Below are positions 24,047-38,108 of a stretch of 64,000 bases of DNA, in pieces. Both the position numbers and the translations under genes were made by a program. Position 1 is the first letter of the stretch. Every line of letters starts with the position of its first letter. This stretch comes from Ophelia neglecta (lineage: Eukaryota): NCBI GenBank assembly GCA_965285935.1, contig OZ260666.1, forward strand, positions 63,674,001 to 63,738,000, written 5' to 3'. The notes below the pieces were generated by a model that did no database searches, was not told where the DNA came from, and saw nothing but the letters and a program-made list of their open reading frames with translations.

Positions 24047-24774
24047 AATGACCCCACAACTGAAATGAGAGTACTAGACTCGGCGGTCATCCAAATAACA
24101 GCACCGACTAGTCATTAAACCCTCGAAAATGATCAGCACGATACTCATCTGATGGCCGAATTAATTATGGTTTAAGCAGATCGAAACTTGGTTAACATCC
24201 GAGGGGTTTCAAATTTTATTTTTAAACCGTAGATCCATCGGAACATGGGGATTTACTAGCTTATTAACACAATTGAATTCGGTCTATATATTATATTATA
24301 GACCCATTGGTATGGCGCCGAACAACGGAGGATACCGTTGCAATAGTTTTAATCCCGACACGCCGGATATTAATTGTTCAGCAAGATGCCATATTGTAAG
24401 GCCCGATGTAAGCTTATTAGTGCTATGTCGTCGTCATGCCTGCCCTTGATTAGACCGTATAAACTGAAGTGTTGATGAAATAGAATCGAGAAGAAAACAA
24501 CAAAAGTAATGGTTTATTCAATACCTTTTTCTAATTTGGAGAAGGCTCTCGCTCTTAAATACAGAATAAATTCTATCACATGATCGTAGAACATCAGACG
24601 TCTCCAATATTTTGCAAAAAATTGCATTCATCTTGTAATGTAAATTTGTAACTGAATGTGGCACCATGATTGTGGATTTGAATGAACCAGTGATTTAAGC
24701 GACACAGTAACTAAGCCGCATGATTCTTGGGTCGGTTAAGGCATAAAAACGTCAAAAATGAAAGTTTTGCTTTC

Positions 24775-24780
24775 AATAAA
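24775..24780 (+). terminator. Candidate polyadenylation signal of GPCR copy 2
   Basis: AATAAA in a context conserved with 2345-2350. Confidence 0.5.
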
Positions 24781-26829
24781 TTAGACCAAGATATTCAAAA
24801 AACTTTGCCTTAAGAATTCAGCTATATTTCAAATAGTATCGCGATTGATACTGAGCAAACATTTACAGTCTCAAAACGAGTGCCGAAAGCAAGTCTTTCT
24901 TAGTGAAATTAATTTTCTTTCACATTGGCCCCGGTACAAGCTATATGTACTTGTTATAGGCCCTCGTCCAAAGACTTAAGATTCATATCAAGTACGTATA
25001 TCTATTTTTGCTGATAAAACACACATGGCCCTCAATAACACTCTAATATGCGCACGAAAACCCACTTGTAGTCAGACAGCAAGCTCATTTGGACTAGCAC
25101 TACTTGCAGTTTGTATTCCTATAACCTTGTTTGTTAATCCTCTTGATTGAAATACACCACTTTTTTTGTAGAGGGATTGTTCTTGGTTTGATATCGATAT
25201 TTAACTTACGTAGCTCATTACTGTCATTGTCATTACAAAATCTGTAGTGTGCATTATTTCCTGATTTTTTTTATGTACAGTGGCGCCTTTTTCAATTAAT
25301 TTAACCAAAAGTCACTCAGTGTCATACGCTCACATTATTTCAAATTGGATTTAATACATGGGCTAACACATAACTTTATAATAACCTTCTATAATATATG
25401 TGTTTATAAAACCCGTATGAAATAAAATGTTGGAAAGTTTCCTTTCCATTTTCTTTTTATTGAATGAGAAAATATGCTTTTTTCAACCTCATAAACATGC
25501 TTATGAATAGATAATGATCATTTGCACTAGAAGGTAAAATTGTACCAGTTATAGAAAATAGAATGGAGTGTTTTCATTGTATAAAACAATATATATAGAT
25601 AAAACGTCATTTGTCAATTGATAGTCAAACCAAACAGTAAATATATATTTTATTTTGATATTCACAGTTTGAACACATTCGTCAGTCTATGTTTGTGTGT
25701 AATGCTTATATATCATCCTGATATTAGATTAGATGTAACGTGCTTTGTACCAAAGGTGTATTTACTTCAACCTTTTTGAAGCAATGCTCCAGTGTAAGTC
25801 TTATAGTAAATTTATGTTTAAACTCGCTAAGCAATTGAACCCCCGTTCATACTTTAATCGATTGCATGTAGAGAGCTATCAAAATATACATTCCGTTGTC
25901 ATGAATAAAGTTTGAGTTTGTGGAGTAAAGCTTACGTAGATGGCACATCAATATTCCTACCTGATTCACTTTATGGGTATAACTTTTTTAAAACCAATAA
26001 TGAAAGTAGTCATGTTATTAACTCTTCGTCGTGTTGTAATAAACAAATAGCAAGCATTGTTGGTTGTTTACAAAGTTTTTTTTCCGGGGGGGGGGGGCGG
26101 GGGTGTGGAGATATTTTACGTACACTCACTATAAACAATTTTTACAATGAGAAGGAAATGCTAAATTGAAAACAAAATTGAAACAGTATAATACTTTTAG
26201 TCAGTTTCAACTTACAGAAAGATACAGTTCTGGGAAAATACTTACCATAACCAGCTTGCGTACAGTCTCTATCAGCTAACAATACCATACGAAGGATATA
26301 TCAAATACATTTTTATTGAAGCAGAGCTCATGCAGCTGTATTTTTCAAAGTTTTAATTTGAAACGAGCAACAATTTATATATTCTTCAGCACTAATAACT
26401 GGCAACTGTTTTATTTCAACACTACAATACCTATTTGTATGTGTAGTTGGCTAGTTGGCTGGGGAAAATAGTGGAATAGGGGTTCTTTTTGCAGGTAACA
26501 ACTTTAAGGCGATTGTAAGATTTGAGCTCAATGTTTATCAAACTTTAGAACATGTTTTCATTGTGGAATATACACAACCTAGTAATTATATCGTATTAAA
26601 GGAATAATCTACCGTGCTTTCATGATATAGGTGAAGCAGGAAACATCAGTTTAGACTCTGTAGGATTTTTACTGGTAGACAAAATGCATTATACCTTTTT
26701 TTGGAATGGTTCTACGAAATGGCTCCTTAATTGGTGTATCTCAGGTCTCAAATAATTCTTCCAATCATAAATCTAACTTTTCGAAGTTTACAAATACATA
26801 ACAATAAAGGATAAATATCGTAGATACAT

Positions 26830-27130
26830 TGGCCTTATCAATGATGTAAATTAAAAACAGTAACAGATCCATTTTCGGGCCCTATTGGACTCTACACTAT
26901 AAGTTTTCATCAGAGTTAATATCTTCAAATTAGCAAATTGGCATATGTTTTCAACTTTTCTTGGAACCAAGCCAGTGCATCTCCCCTCATTTTATATTTA
27001 TAGCACTAGGCTTTCAAAATTGAATGAACAATGGAATCGAATTCCTCTGAGAAATCACAAGACAAACACACATACCCACAGAGGAAAACACTATACAATT
27101 TCGGGAGTTGCGATAATGACTCTTTTTTGT
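26830..27130 (-). mobile_element. Duplicated copy of the LINE RT relic at 4340-4770
   Basis: 'aacagatccattttcgggccctattggactc' aligns with 'aatagatccaatgttcgtgccctgtgggactc' (GVPQG region); same position within the duplicated unit. Confidence 0.65.
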
Positions 27131-27223
27131 GTCATAGTAAATTCTGGCTTAACTGCCATGTTCGAGCTACAATGAAAAAGTACATCCAATGAATAGGAAA
27201 AAACAATCTCATTGATAACACGC

Positions 27224-28883
27224 CTGTATATTTGTCTCTAGTTGTCCATTTTGGACCTCTTGGGAGGCTCTGCAATACCTCTTTGAATCTGATAACGCTG
27301 TGCAACCTGGCCAGATTTTCCATGCTTTTGGCAATTTCTACAATAGCTGGGTGCTGCAAGGGCCACCCAACGCCTCCTGAGTACATTATTTAATGAATTA
27401 GATACGATATTGCCGGTACCAAAGTTTTGATGACAAACAAGAGAACAATAAATGATCTATTAATGTGATTCAAAAAAAGATTTAAGTGGTTCAACGTACA
27501 AGTAGCGATAATATCACTGTGCGATAAACTTTGCTAAATGCTTCAATGGTAGCTGGATCTGTAGTAATCCTTTATAGAGCAAATTATTCCGTTTAAACCA
27601 TGAAACCGTGAACATTCAAGAAGTAAATGAGAGTGACCCTATTCACTCCATATAACTGACAATATACATTGCTTAAATATAGTGTAGCCAGTAGTTGAAG
27701 CTGGCCAAGACCTTTGTTGTTGACTAAGTGATGTGCACGCATTCACAGTCTCTCTCCTCTACTGGCAATACTCAACCAATATTTCATTGGAAAAGTACGG
27801 TCTAAACTCTACCAATTAAAGTGAAACAGTTATATTTTATCTAACAATATAAGTGTTACGTTAATATCGTAAATTTTTCACGAGAAGCGTACCAATCAAT
27901 TGCTATCGAACCCAGGACGTTTACCGACAACGAATAGCTATGATGAAAAATAGAATATATTTTATCTTTTTGTATAATTGTACTTAAAGGTGTTCTCAAA
28001 TTAAAGCTAAATAATTGTGCTTTGACTGCTTTCCCAGGCTATTGCCAATTCGTAACGGGTAACGACTGGTATGCCAGGATCCAAATAATTTGCTTTTCGA
28101 ACGAATAGAACATGGTACTGTTATATATTTCTGGTAAGCTACATGTATGACCGACACCGAATTATCTGCTTATAGGTTGAATGAACATGGTGCTATGATA
28201 TATTTCTGAGAATGTACTTGTTTGAATTAGCTACCCACCACGGGGCTACGGGGTGTATACTACATACTATCATGTAGGGCACATCATCGAAATATTTCGC
28301 TCTGTCACCGGAAAGTAGTGTATGCACTGGGTAACGCTTATTTATTTATGATTAGAATTATAACCATGGATATAGTAGTCAATGTGAGGCTTCCAATGTA
28401 CCACATGACTCAATGTTCATCTCAGTATCAGTTAAGGAAAACATGTCCATAATGGTGCACTCTGATTTACCCAACGACCTACCTTGTGGGATGCAAATGG
28501 CCAATGTATCAGGTCAAGATGTACAGAGTTTAAACGAAGCAGGGCAGGGCTCTCTCTTAGGAGAGGCTTTTCATCTGCCTGCATCATGTGGGCAATTGAA
28601 AGCTGTAAAAAGAAATGTCGAAATTTACTGCGCCTAATTATCTTTGTTATGAATTTGTTTTGGTGCTCCCAAGTTCAACATACTTTACAAGTAAATGATG
28701 CATTTTGTCTTAGGAAGTAATGAAGGTCCTTCCTATTGATCACTCCTTCTTCAATTTTATCATGAATCGGCTGGCCGACAGCTGGTTTTGTTTGAAAGGC
28801 CAGGCAGTGTCAATATGCCGATTAACAATATCTATTGCCCTTTTCACTGCATCTGTCACTTTAAAAGATTTGAAATCCTTCTC
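27224..28883 (-). pseudogene. Aldo-keto reductase pseudogene (unprocessed duplicate; remnants of exons 2, 3, 6 and 7)
   Basis: Exon 2 copy 28883-28709 has a 1-nt deletion in the catalytic Tyr codon and a destroyed donor. Exon 3 copy 28602-28483; exon 6 copy ~27812-27706; exon 7 copy ~27385-27224 with frameshifts and a GT>GC donor. Exons 1, 4, 5, 8 and 9 were not found. Confidence 0.92.
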
Positions 28884-29569
28884 CTAAATGTAGTAGCATA
28901 CAGCCATTTTTTTAAACATGTCGCTGCCTTCCAAAAGTAGTAACATACTATGTCGAGACTTAGTAATATTGTCCCCTTATATCCTCAGAGTAGTGCAGAA
29001 GTTTACTTCCAAGTGGTCTATTATGATTATCCTCTTCCAGAAAATAGTTTCAGATTTCATGTGATATTCAAGGTTCAGCTTATGACTTGATCACTCTTTA
29101 ATGTTTTGGTTTACAGCAACACATTTTATCTTATTCACTGGCTGAATGATATTTAGAAAGAAACTTACTGGGAAGCTCTCATTTATGAACTGTTTATATA
29201 CATGTAGGTAACCTACTACACATGTATACTTCCAAGGGGCTGTCAAACGAACTACGAAGCTTAACGTCCGAAGACACAAGCCAAGACTTAGAGTCTTTTG
29301 TGTAATCAATATTATCAGTGAGGCTGCTGCTGTATAGGTGCGCACAGTCTGCACAATTTACAACCTATAGCAACTACAATGACTTGTATGAATGAATGAA
29401 AGAAAGGTCGAAGGGAAGGTATTTTGTCGGGGGTTGGCAGTGGTAGGAAAATTGTTCTTACACTTCACATGGCACAGGCAATTGATCCTTAAACCTGTAA
29501 CATTCTCAACCACTAGGCATTACTGGGCAATGGTGGTTGAGATATTAGAGGTTTCTGTAGTTTTTGGTC

Positions 29570-29700
29570 CTTGGTTCCCCGGACCATGCTATCATTTACC
29601 GCACCTCCTGCCGTAAGATGGTCATTTACTGTAGGAGGTGGTATGACCGCCCATACATAAGGCCATGCCAATTCTTTGACTCACCCTTACCGAGATCGCC
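29570..29700 (-). mobile_element. Possible Gypsy-like gag zinc-knuckle relic
   Basis: Minus translation CMGGHTTSYSK*PSYGRRCGK** resembles CGxxH...CPAYGKxCxKC. Confidence 0.35.
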
Positions 29701-31189
29701 CTGATTCTTTCAACCTCCTCAAGCGCTTGTCTACTCGGTTAAATAAAATCTTATTGCTCCTTTACCCTACTTAATGCCCCTTTTCCTCACCTTCCTTTCA
29801 CAAAACAAAATTAAATCGTCAATTTGTGTGTACAGCTATGATAAAAGTCGTATCTAGTGCATAATTGTAGTGCATGAATTGCTACAAAAATAATAAAGAG
29901 TAACAACCATTTCATATATTAAATGTAACAGCATTGGTACATGTACGTATTTTAAATTCTTTAATTTATTGTTCTTGTTCCGCTTTGTTATTTCTCATAC
30001 ATGTGTCCCTGTTTTTTGATCAAATTACAGTTTAAGGAGTCGATGTAAGACTATGTGTGATTTTTATATTCTTAGGCGCCAATTTGTTTATGTACTAAAA
30101 TGTTATTTATTGGTCAATAAATATTGCTACAGGGGTAGTCATGGTAATGATTTTAGATCATAAAGTCACAAGTGTAAGCAGTGGCGTTCAAATGAAGTAT
30201 GTCCCCTTGATGGTTGCCCACATTAATTTACCGCCATTTTCAGCAGGTGGGTGCTTGAAGCACTTATCATTAGGTAAATACTCAAGTTGCATTCGATGAT
30301 GTAGGATTAAGGGTCCTAAACAAAACAATCACAGATCGTCAGATGGCTTGGTAACAAAATAAGTGAAAGAACCATGACAGTGTGCTTTAAGAAGGTTGGT
30401 TTAAAACTTCCTTATATAATGGCCTCTTCTGATGTTGCTTTTGACGGAATTTCTGGATATTTTGTCCATTTGACTGGTTTTACCCTAGGCCTATTGCAAA
30501 TTTTACATATTTTGGTCATACCTTAATAATTTTCTTTATTCATAATCTTCCTTTTATAGAAGACGAATACCACAAATCAATTTATTTCAGAATAAATACG
30601 CAGCGTTTAGGAGAATTATGAGTAATATTTATAAAAGAAAACACCTGTTTAATTCTAGTAAACAGTATTTACAGTAACCAATTGATTCTGTCCAGTCCTA
30701 TCAACAAAAGGAGGAAATCAGTTGTAAGATGGACATAATAAACGTTGTACGCTATTGTCAACTACCAACCCCAACTTTATCTTAAAAGCCAGCTGAGTAG
30801 ATTTATATAATGTCAGAGGCATGATAGACGTATCTAGAGTGCCTGCAAATGAATTAAGAAACATCAGTCGATCCCGAACGTTAGACACTTGGGCAAATTG
30901 AAAGCAAAGACGTGGCATACTGTTCGTGGGATAAAGCATACATCCCACAAATTCAATCACATCTTTCCAAGACCGCACGTGTTATCAAACCGACAAAACC
31001 TACAGAGAAACTTTTGGTTGCAGAATTCTACGTAGATTCCACGGAAAGCAGAGATGCTCAAATACTTCTTAAATGATTGTGAGGGTTATTTTCACCCGAG
31101 TTGTTTAAACTTGATACTAGCAAAGAATTATGGGTTTGCGAATCAATCGAATTATATATATAGGCTTGATGAAGCGATGTTGACGTAGC

Positions 31190-31400
31190 CTCCTTAGACA
31201 CAAAAAAAGGCGTTTGACAGGGTTTGGATAGAAGGCCTGTTTTGCAAATTGTACAAGTTAGGCATTGACGCAAAATTCCTGACCGTGTTCCGAATCTCGG
31301 ACCTACACTTTTTGTTTGCGGCTTGGAGCATAAAAATCACAACCCCTTTGATTTCAACCAGGGAGTTTTCCAAAGGGGTCTCTAGGAGCATATTCCCTTC
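31190..31400 (+). mobile_element. Decayed LINE RT fragment
   Basis: LDTK(fs)KAFDRVWIEGLFCKLYKLGI followed by QGVFQRG (GVxQG-like). Confidence 0.8.
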
Positions 31401-32034
31401 ATGGATAGAGGAAGGTCAGGGATGAACTTGGCCATAGCGGCTCTGTATCGTTAGAAGTCGAATAGGAACTGGGGTAGTTGCGATGGATCAAAATTGATAG
31501 TCTCCTGGATGCAGTGATAAAGTGGCCCCTATACTAGCACTTGTGATGGAGGTTAGCCGCCTACCATCCAGAATCTCTTCCAGCGTGTCGCACCATTGTT
31601 TGACTGCTGTCGGGGTCAACGAGCTGGCCATGAACACTGGAAATGTGTATAGATAATCCCCGTCTTCAAGAACCTTTGTTTGGTAAAGAAAGGGAATGGA
31701 CGATATATATAGTTTATTGTATCAATAAAGTAATTTCTATTATTGTGTTATTATTTAAAACTCTTTGAAACATCACCTTGTAATTCTTCAGTATGTTTTG
31801 TATGCTATATGCCATCTAGATGACTGCATGTTATTTTGGAACGCTCTGTAGTGGTCAGCTGCAGCGAAATTTGTAACCAGCTGTAGACACTTATAAGGCA
31901 TATGTTAATGATCACATGATCATGTTCAGCCAAGTGTGCCAGACATAGTCTGGGTTGGTCCTTTTCAGCCTGACCCTCCAGAGAGAAGGTAGTACATTTT
32001 GCCCACCTCCTCCCCTGCTCCACCTGTCTTGTAA

Positions 32035-32149
32035 TTTTGTTTCGACATTTCTGAGGACATATTGTTCTAGTTTAATTTATATTAATTTGCATTTTTGTTT
32101 CGACATTTCTGATGACATATTATTCTAGTTTAATTTATATTAATTTGCA
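32035..32149. repeat. Local tandem duplication, 2 x ~58 bp
   Basis: ttttgtttcgacatttctga(g/t)gacatatt(g/a)ttctagtttaatttatattaatttgca twice, with 2 mismatches. Confidence 0.9.
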
Positions 32150-35100
32150 AGTGCATGTATGTTGTTCAAAACACTTTTATCTACTCATTTGCAGTAAAAT
32201 TGTGCATTTATTAATGTTCTTCTGTAAATGATATTATCAATACTCTTATGTGGTGGGTAAGTTCCCCCACCTTTGTGAATTTAAGACTTGTTATATTTCC
32301 AATATAACCATATTCAACACAGTCACGGCTTTGTTTTCATTCACAAATGTAACTGCGTCGCTCGGTAACACATAGGAATAGAAATACGTTTATAGCAACG
32401 AGAATATTTTTCTGTAATTAATTTATTTTAAAATGCAGAAAACAATACTTTTGTAAGTAATGACCGTTCTGCCAGTATGAAATGCATTTGAAGTAGATTT
32501 GCGCTTAACCCTTTAAGGGTAAGTAGAAGTGTGTGAAAAGCGAGATTATTTTTTCTTAACATGTAGCCCATAGAGGAAACATTCAGATGTACCACATATG
32601 CTTGCCATAAAACAATTTCAAATGTACTATAATTTACTTCATTTTGTTTAGAGCACAAGTAGCTCCGCGATCTTTCAATTATTTATTTTTGACCAGCTGA
32701 GCTTACAGTCTGTCAGTATATAGTTCCACAATGAATAAACGAGAAACAGATGGAATTCGATACATGTATAGAAAGTGACATAGATCATCATCAATTATTC
32801 ACTACTGGCTAGAAGCTATAAAATTATAATGACTACAGGACTACCTGTTGAGGGGTCTCTTGTGAATGCATTGCCTGTTAAGTTTAAAAAAATGTTGGCC
32901 CAGACCATTTAGCCTATTGGGTTTGATATTTTTCACTTTAGAATATATAATGTATAGCAAAATTAATGTCTGTGTCTAGTGCCTGTCAGGGCGTACATAC
33001 TCAACTGGACATGTTGCCTGTACAAAAACTTGTGACGAGGATTGATTATAACACATGCAGTATTTATACATTTCAAGGAACTTTAGGCAAATACGTCCTT
33101 TTAACAATATAGCAGTAATTGTAAGCTTTTGCTCATGTTTTATCTATTAAATGACCCCTACACATGTATTTGCTCAAAATATACCTGGTATGTTTTGTTT
33201 TGAGCTGAACTTATTATTTAATCATGACGATCATATTGTTTATGAAGCATTTTTATAATAAGCAGAATAAAATATTATGGATCTTTATTAATGTCGCCAA
33301 TAATAATATCATACATTGAGATTATCCTCATAAATGCACATATTAAATGGGCGGAGTTATGGGTTATGTTTATTATAATTAGTTTAGCAACAAAATATTA
33401 TTTGAACTAATTATATCAAAGGCGCGTTGAAACACTACATATGAATGCGAATGTGTAGATGTTAGGTAGGATAGAAAAATGCAAGAGATATGCCAAATGT
33501 GTCTCTTTTCTGACTGATTGCCAGTATTTGGTACAGACACCTACTCATTTTGTGATTCTTATAAGCACGAGCTTTATAATATCAATATGAATCAACATGA
33601 AAAGATCATTTGCCTGGACATTTTTCATAATGAAAGAACAAAAGGTATGTCCTCAATTAAGGCTTCATTTTTCTTTCATTAAAACTAAAATCTTACTTCC
33701 GATTATGAGATGACTTTGTAAAATATGTATTGGTTTGCCAATTCTTGTAGTGTTATGTGAATGTGGAGCGGTACCGCTAAACCTATTTTGTTAATTTAGG
33801 AGTTCTAACAGCAGAATAGTGATTGTCAACGAATGTAGTACGTGAATGTGTTTAAACGAATCTGAGGGACAAATATCATATTACCAGTGTTAACGTCCGT
33901 TGATTGAGAAGAATTATAGGTATATTGACGCAAACGTCTGCACCTGGCAGTGGAAAATTACGTTTCCAATTGTTTTCTTGATCATTCTTAAATTATATAG
34001 CGTATATACAATCAGATCGTTTGAAGCCTAACGATATTATAGTTCCAACAATCCATGGAATGCAGTATTTACCTTAAAATTCATTTAATTTTTAGGCATC
34101 ATCATTTATGATAATTAACAACTGGAAACCCTTTTGTCCGCATTAATTTAAATTCGAGGATTTTTTTTTGGAATCATTTTATTGCTATTAAAACGTTCCT
34201 TTCACCATTGCGTGATTGATCACTAGAATAACTACTCGTGCCTTGCGACCATGGCATTAAAATATTAAAAATTATTTGACTAGCACTTAAGTGGAATTAT
34301 ATGATATATTGAATACCAAGAAATGTTACTGAACACCTTACTGAAAAAAAACTTGAGAATATATTGATATTTATTTGGAATGAAATCAAATAAGTTTGGC
34401 TTGTGATATACGTCATGTACAGAAACCCAAGAAATATTGGCAGTTTCGAATATACAGGAGAATCCGAAGTCTCAGTAGTGCAGCTATGAAGGCAAGCATA
34501 GAAACCGACATGTATTATTAAGGATCTTTTCCCATACTTGTCACAGGTTGACCAGACTGAATCATTAACACGCATTGCTGTATTATTATGACCGATGACA
34601 CCGGGCTCTTCAGTTTCCCCATGTTAAGTTTATGGGGACCCCGGTGTTATTGTGGCACGCCGCGCATAGTATTCGAAATGGTTGGAAAAAGAAAACCATG
34701 GATTCAAATAGAAGAAATGATTCCGCACACCGTACCAATTTTCTTTTTAAGTCTCCTTGCCTTGCCCATAAGGACTTTTTGGCTTGAAAACTGTTCAAAT
34801 TTTACCAGAAAAATTGGATAAATTGCGTTTCAAAATTCAAAATTCAAAACAAAATAATTGATGCATGACTGTATTTCCTATAATTTTTTTGTCAATTGCA
34901 CCGCCCGTCTCTGGGTTGACTCTGCCAGAATGACAATGACCTATTGCTATTATTAACTCTTAAATTTAAGTAGACAGGCTCAACGACCGGTCTGATAGAT
35001 TTGTCGTGTCTGCCATGCAATGGCAATTCATGTTTACAAAGGTTATTAATAAAGTATCTGAACGGCACAATTCATAAACAGGGTGATGTAAATTCATTCC

Positions 35101-36564
35101 CCTTCATCGTGATAGGTTTGCTTTACACTAAAACAGTTTGGCCAATAGTATAAGTGTTTGTGTTATTGACTTATGCCTTTCTTGCTTTTCTGCAGGTGGC
35201 TACAGAGGCATTAGATTGAATATGAATGAATGTTGGTGTACTATTCACAATGGCCCGGCTATTAATTTGTTTATAGCCTGGTTGCCATCTTCATTATCCA
35301 ATTTATTTTTCATTTAGTTTATCTTTGTTTAAGTAAACCATGATATCAGGCTAGCTGTCCATAAAATGCACGATATTCTGACAAAGTGCCTCCTATCTAT
35401 ATTACTTTGTTAACCGTGTAGGTTAATAAAAAATAGGCTGTTACACAACAATAATGTTCCTGGTTTAATCCAGTCTACTTTTTGCATGAAAGATCATTTC
35501 ATCATGCTTTATAATTAAGATATTTTGTATTGCCACATTATCTTTAAAGGCTGATTCATAATTTGAAGATCACTTTTACCGTGGATGAATAAGTATAATC
35601 AATTCATGGTGATAAACTTACCTCATACATTTCTGGCTGCTTCTGTTGGGATTCACTTGGCGTGCGAGACGGCCATTCTAGGCATAATAATTCAATATGC
35701 AAGGTGGCCTGTATCATGATAAAAACGAAAAGGCGACTGTTTCTTTCATCTCATTTCAAATGATCTGTCTGGTTCTATGGTATTGAGGACTTCGTTGACT
35801 CTTTTTCATGAAGCAGGCCAGACGTCTGACCTACACGTATAGGGGTACAATTGAGGGAGCGTCATAATTGTTCCCATCGTGTCATCATATACGTATATCT
35901 ACGGTTAGGATGTTTTTTTAATTTCTCGTCGTCCAACATGGAAACCTCTTTCCTTCATTTCAACGGTGAGTTGTGTTGATAGGACTAGCTGGGATTAATG
36001 GATAATAATAGATTGACGTATTATTTTTACATAATATTGTTGTTTTATATAAATGGCACTTAGATTACCAGTCGCATTCCCATATAAAATTGAAAGACAC
36101 TAGGTTAAGATCTATAATTTATTAATAGCATAATTCAACCCTCATAACCTATGTAATCATGTTGAAGGTTTATCTTGGGCCCACACCAGGGCTGCGGAAT
36201 TGTTGTGGGGAATGAATATGCACGTTTTATAGCCTCTGCCTCTGTGTGGTATATAGGAATGGAATTGGTATATACGATTTTGGTGGCAATCTGTCAATTG
36301 TAGATGTATATGTTAATGTTGGGGCGGGTTTGGGTTGGGGAAAGGGGTTGTGAGGGTGAAGTGGAATAATTAGAATTTACTGAAATATAAACAACTGGTC
36401 ATACAGCATAAGGGAAAGTAATGTATACTTTGGAAAATACACCTCAGAGCAAAGACACCCTAAGCAACCCTATATGAAGCTGCGGGAATAATACTAAATG
36501 TACTTTAGATTAAAGTTGCTGCTAAAGATTAAAAGACACAGAAATGAATAGGTACAATATTTGG

Positions 36565-36625
36565 ATGGTTGGTATTTGATTTAGCAAAGCCATTTGCAAG
36601 CGATGCTCAAGCCATCCTGTTGTAT
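36565..36625 (+). mobile_element. Very decayed LINE RT fragment
   Basis: LVFDLAKPFASDAQAILL resembles xxxDLxKAFDxVxHxILL. Confidence 0.35.
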
Positions 36626-38085
36626 GCCCCCTCCAAGCGATAATTAATGCTCACTGACCGCCAAGCCAGTCGGTTTTGTAATATGTGAACCCTTCCTGCT
36701 AATAGTAAAACTGGTTATAAGATAGACTGTTATGTCTGCGAATGTTCTTTCCAGTTTCGTATCGAGGAAGAAGAAAACATTTTTTGGTATGTTTTTTTTT
36801 TATTAGGGGAAAAATGTGTTTGCGTGTTAACTTATCTGACTTGTATGATCTGCAGAGTTATAGGCAGCAGTGCCCATGGAAAATCTGGAGGGGTTTCTAT
36901 TTTATTGTAGTACTTAATGGACTTGATTTAGCTCTTAACCATCAGACCTGCAGACATAGTAGCATAAATTTAATTTAAGACCTGGTAGAGAAGCAGGAAG
37001 ACACAGACGTGGTAAGCCGGTACACCGGTTAAGCATGTAATCGGGCCCCTCTGATCTCTCGTAGCTGGTTTGGCATGATATTGCCAATTTCGCATGCTGC
37101 ATCTTCATTAAGTATGTGAACCAAGTCACAATAAGTACCTTTCCGATATACATAAAACAGCGCTTTCTTACCGGGACTCTTTTTTATGGTTTTATAAGTC
37201 TTCTTCTTGGAAAGTAACTTTAATCCAACAATTCTTACTTTGTTTTATCACAATAGCATTTTTCGGTTATTTGACTGTTGGGTAATAAGGAAAAAGAGGA
37301 GTAATTGAACGTTTATGCTTCTGTATAGTAAAGCGGTATTATGACATATGTATAAAAATCGCTATATATATAAACTTGCCGCCACTAAGCTAGCGTTATT
37401 ATTCCTCGTAGAATTGGGCTTAATCCTTCGTCTAATACCAAATGAACCGTGGGAAAAGGCAACATATCATGCATATTTTTAACTAGTCTGATTAAGAGCA
37501 TCCAATACTCTTTATAGGGAATACAACAATTGTAATGCGTGCGTGTTTGGAATGGCCTTACCTGTTGATAGATCGTTTCCTACGTTCAAGCCATTCCCTT
37601 ATCTAATGAGCATTTCAAAGCGTTATATAATTCTATTGGCACGAGTTACTTTCTGCTGTATACCACACGAATTGAAAGCTGCCCAAAAGGTCAGTGCGAA
37701 ATGATTCTCCAGGAGAAAGTATCAGATGTTGTTTACATGTATATTCTAATGATCAAGCTCTGGGCTAGAGAGATTTAAAAACCCAAAATCTGGTCCCATT
37801 TCTCCAGGAGACAGATACCCAGCCTGTCTGATAGATCCGGTTCATTCATCATACTTGAAGGAAACTTTTCCAAACGCTTTACAGCTTCAAGATGAGAAAA
37901 TTCCCCAGTGATCCCCATTTGTGTGCCTTTTCAAAGAGCCTGCTGTTCGTCTAAAGCCAATTTAAAAGGCTTATGGTTTTTGAATCATTGAAATTGTTCC
38001 CACCTTATTCTGACAGTTGTGAGCCCCGATCAGGCATCAAACATTTAGTTTGCGCAAGAGAAAATTCAGCAGAGAGGCGATGTGT

Positions 38086-38108
38086 TGTGTGTGTGTGTGT
38101 GTGTGTGT
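38086..38108. repeat. (TG)n microsatellite
   Basis: ~11 TG units. Confidence 0.9.

Larger units (their letters stand above)
22314..33072. repeat. Segmental/tandem duplication, copy 2 (intact GPCR + AKR pseudogene)
   Basis: Colinear with 1-10780 apart from internal deletions and insertions; non-coding identity roughly 75-80% by eye. Confidence 0.88.

Noticed and set aside
35622-35668. Relocated AKR exon 1 (shares 'gataaacttacc' with the real exon 1 donor)
   Set aside because: Similarity is limited to the donor motif; the upstream sequence is not homologous and its ATG frame stops after 7 codons.
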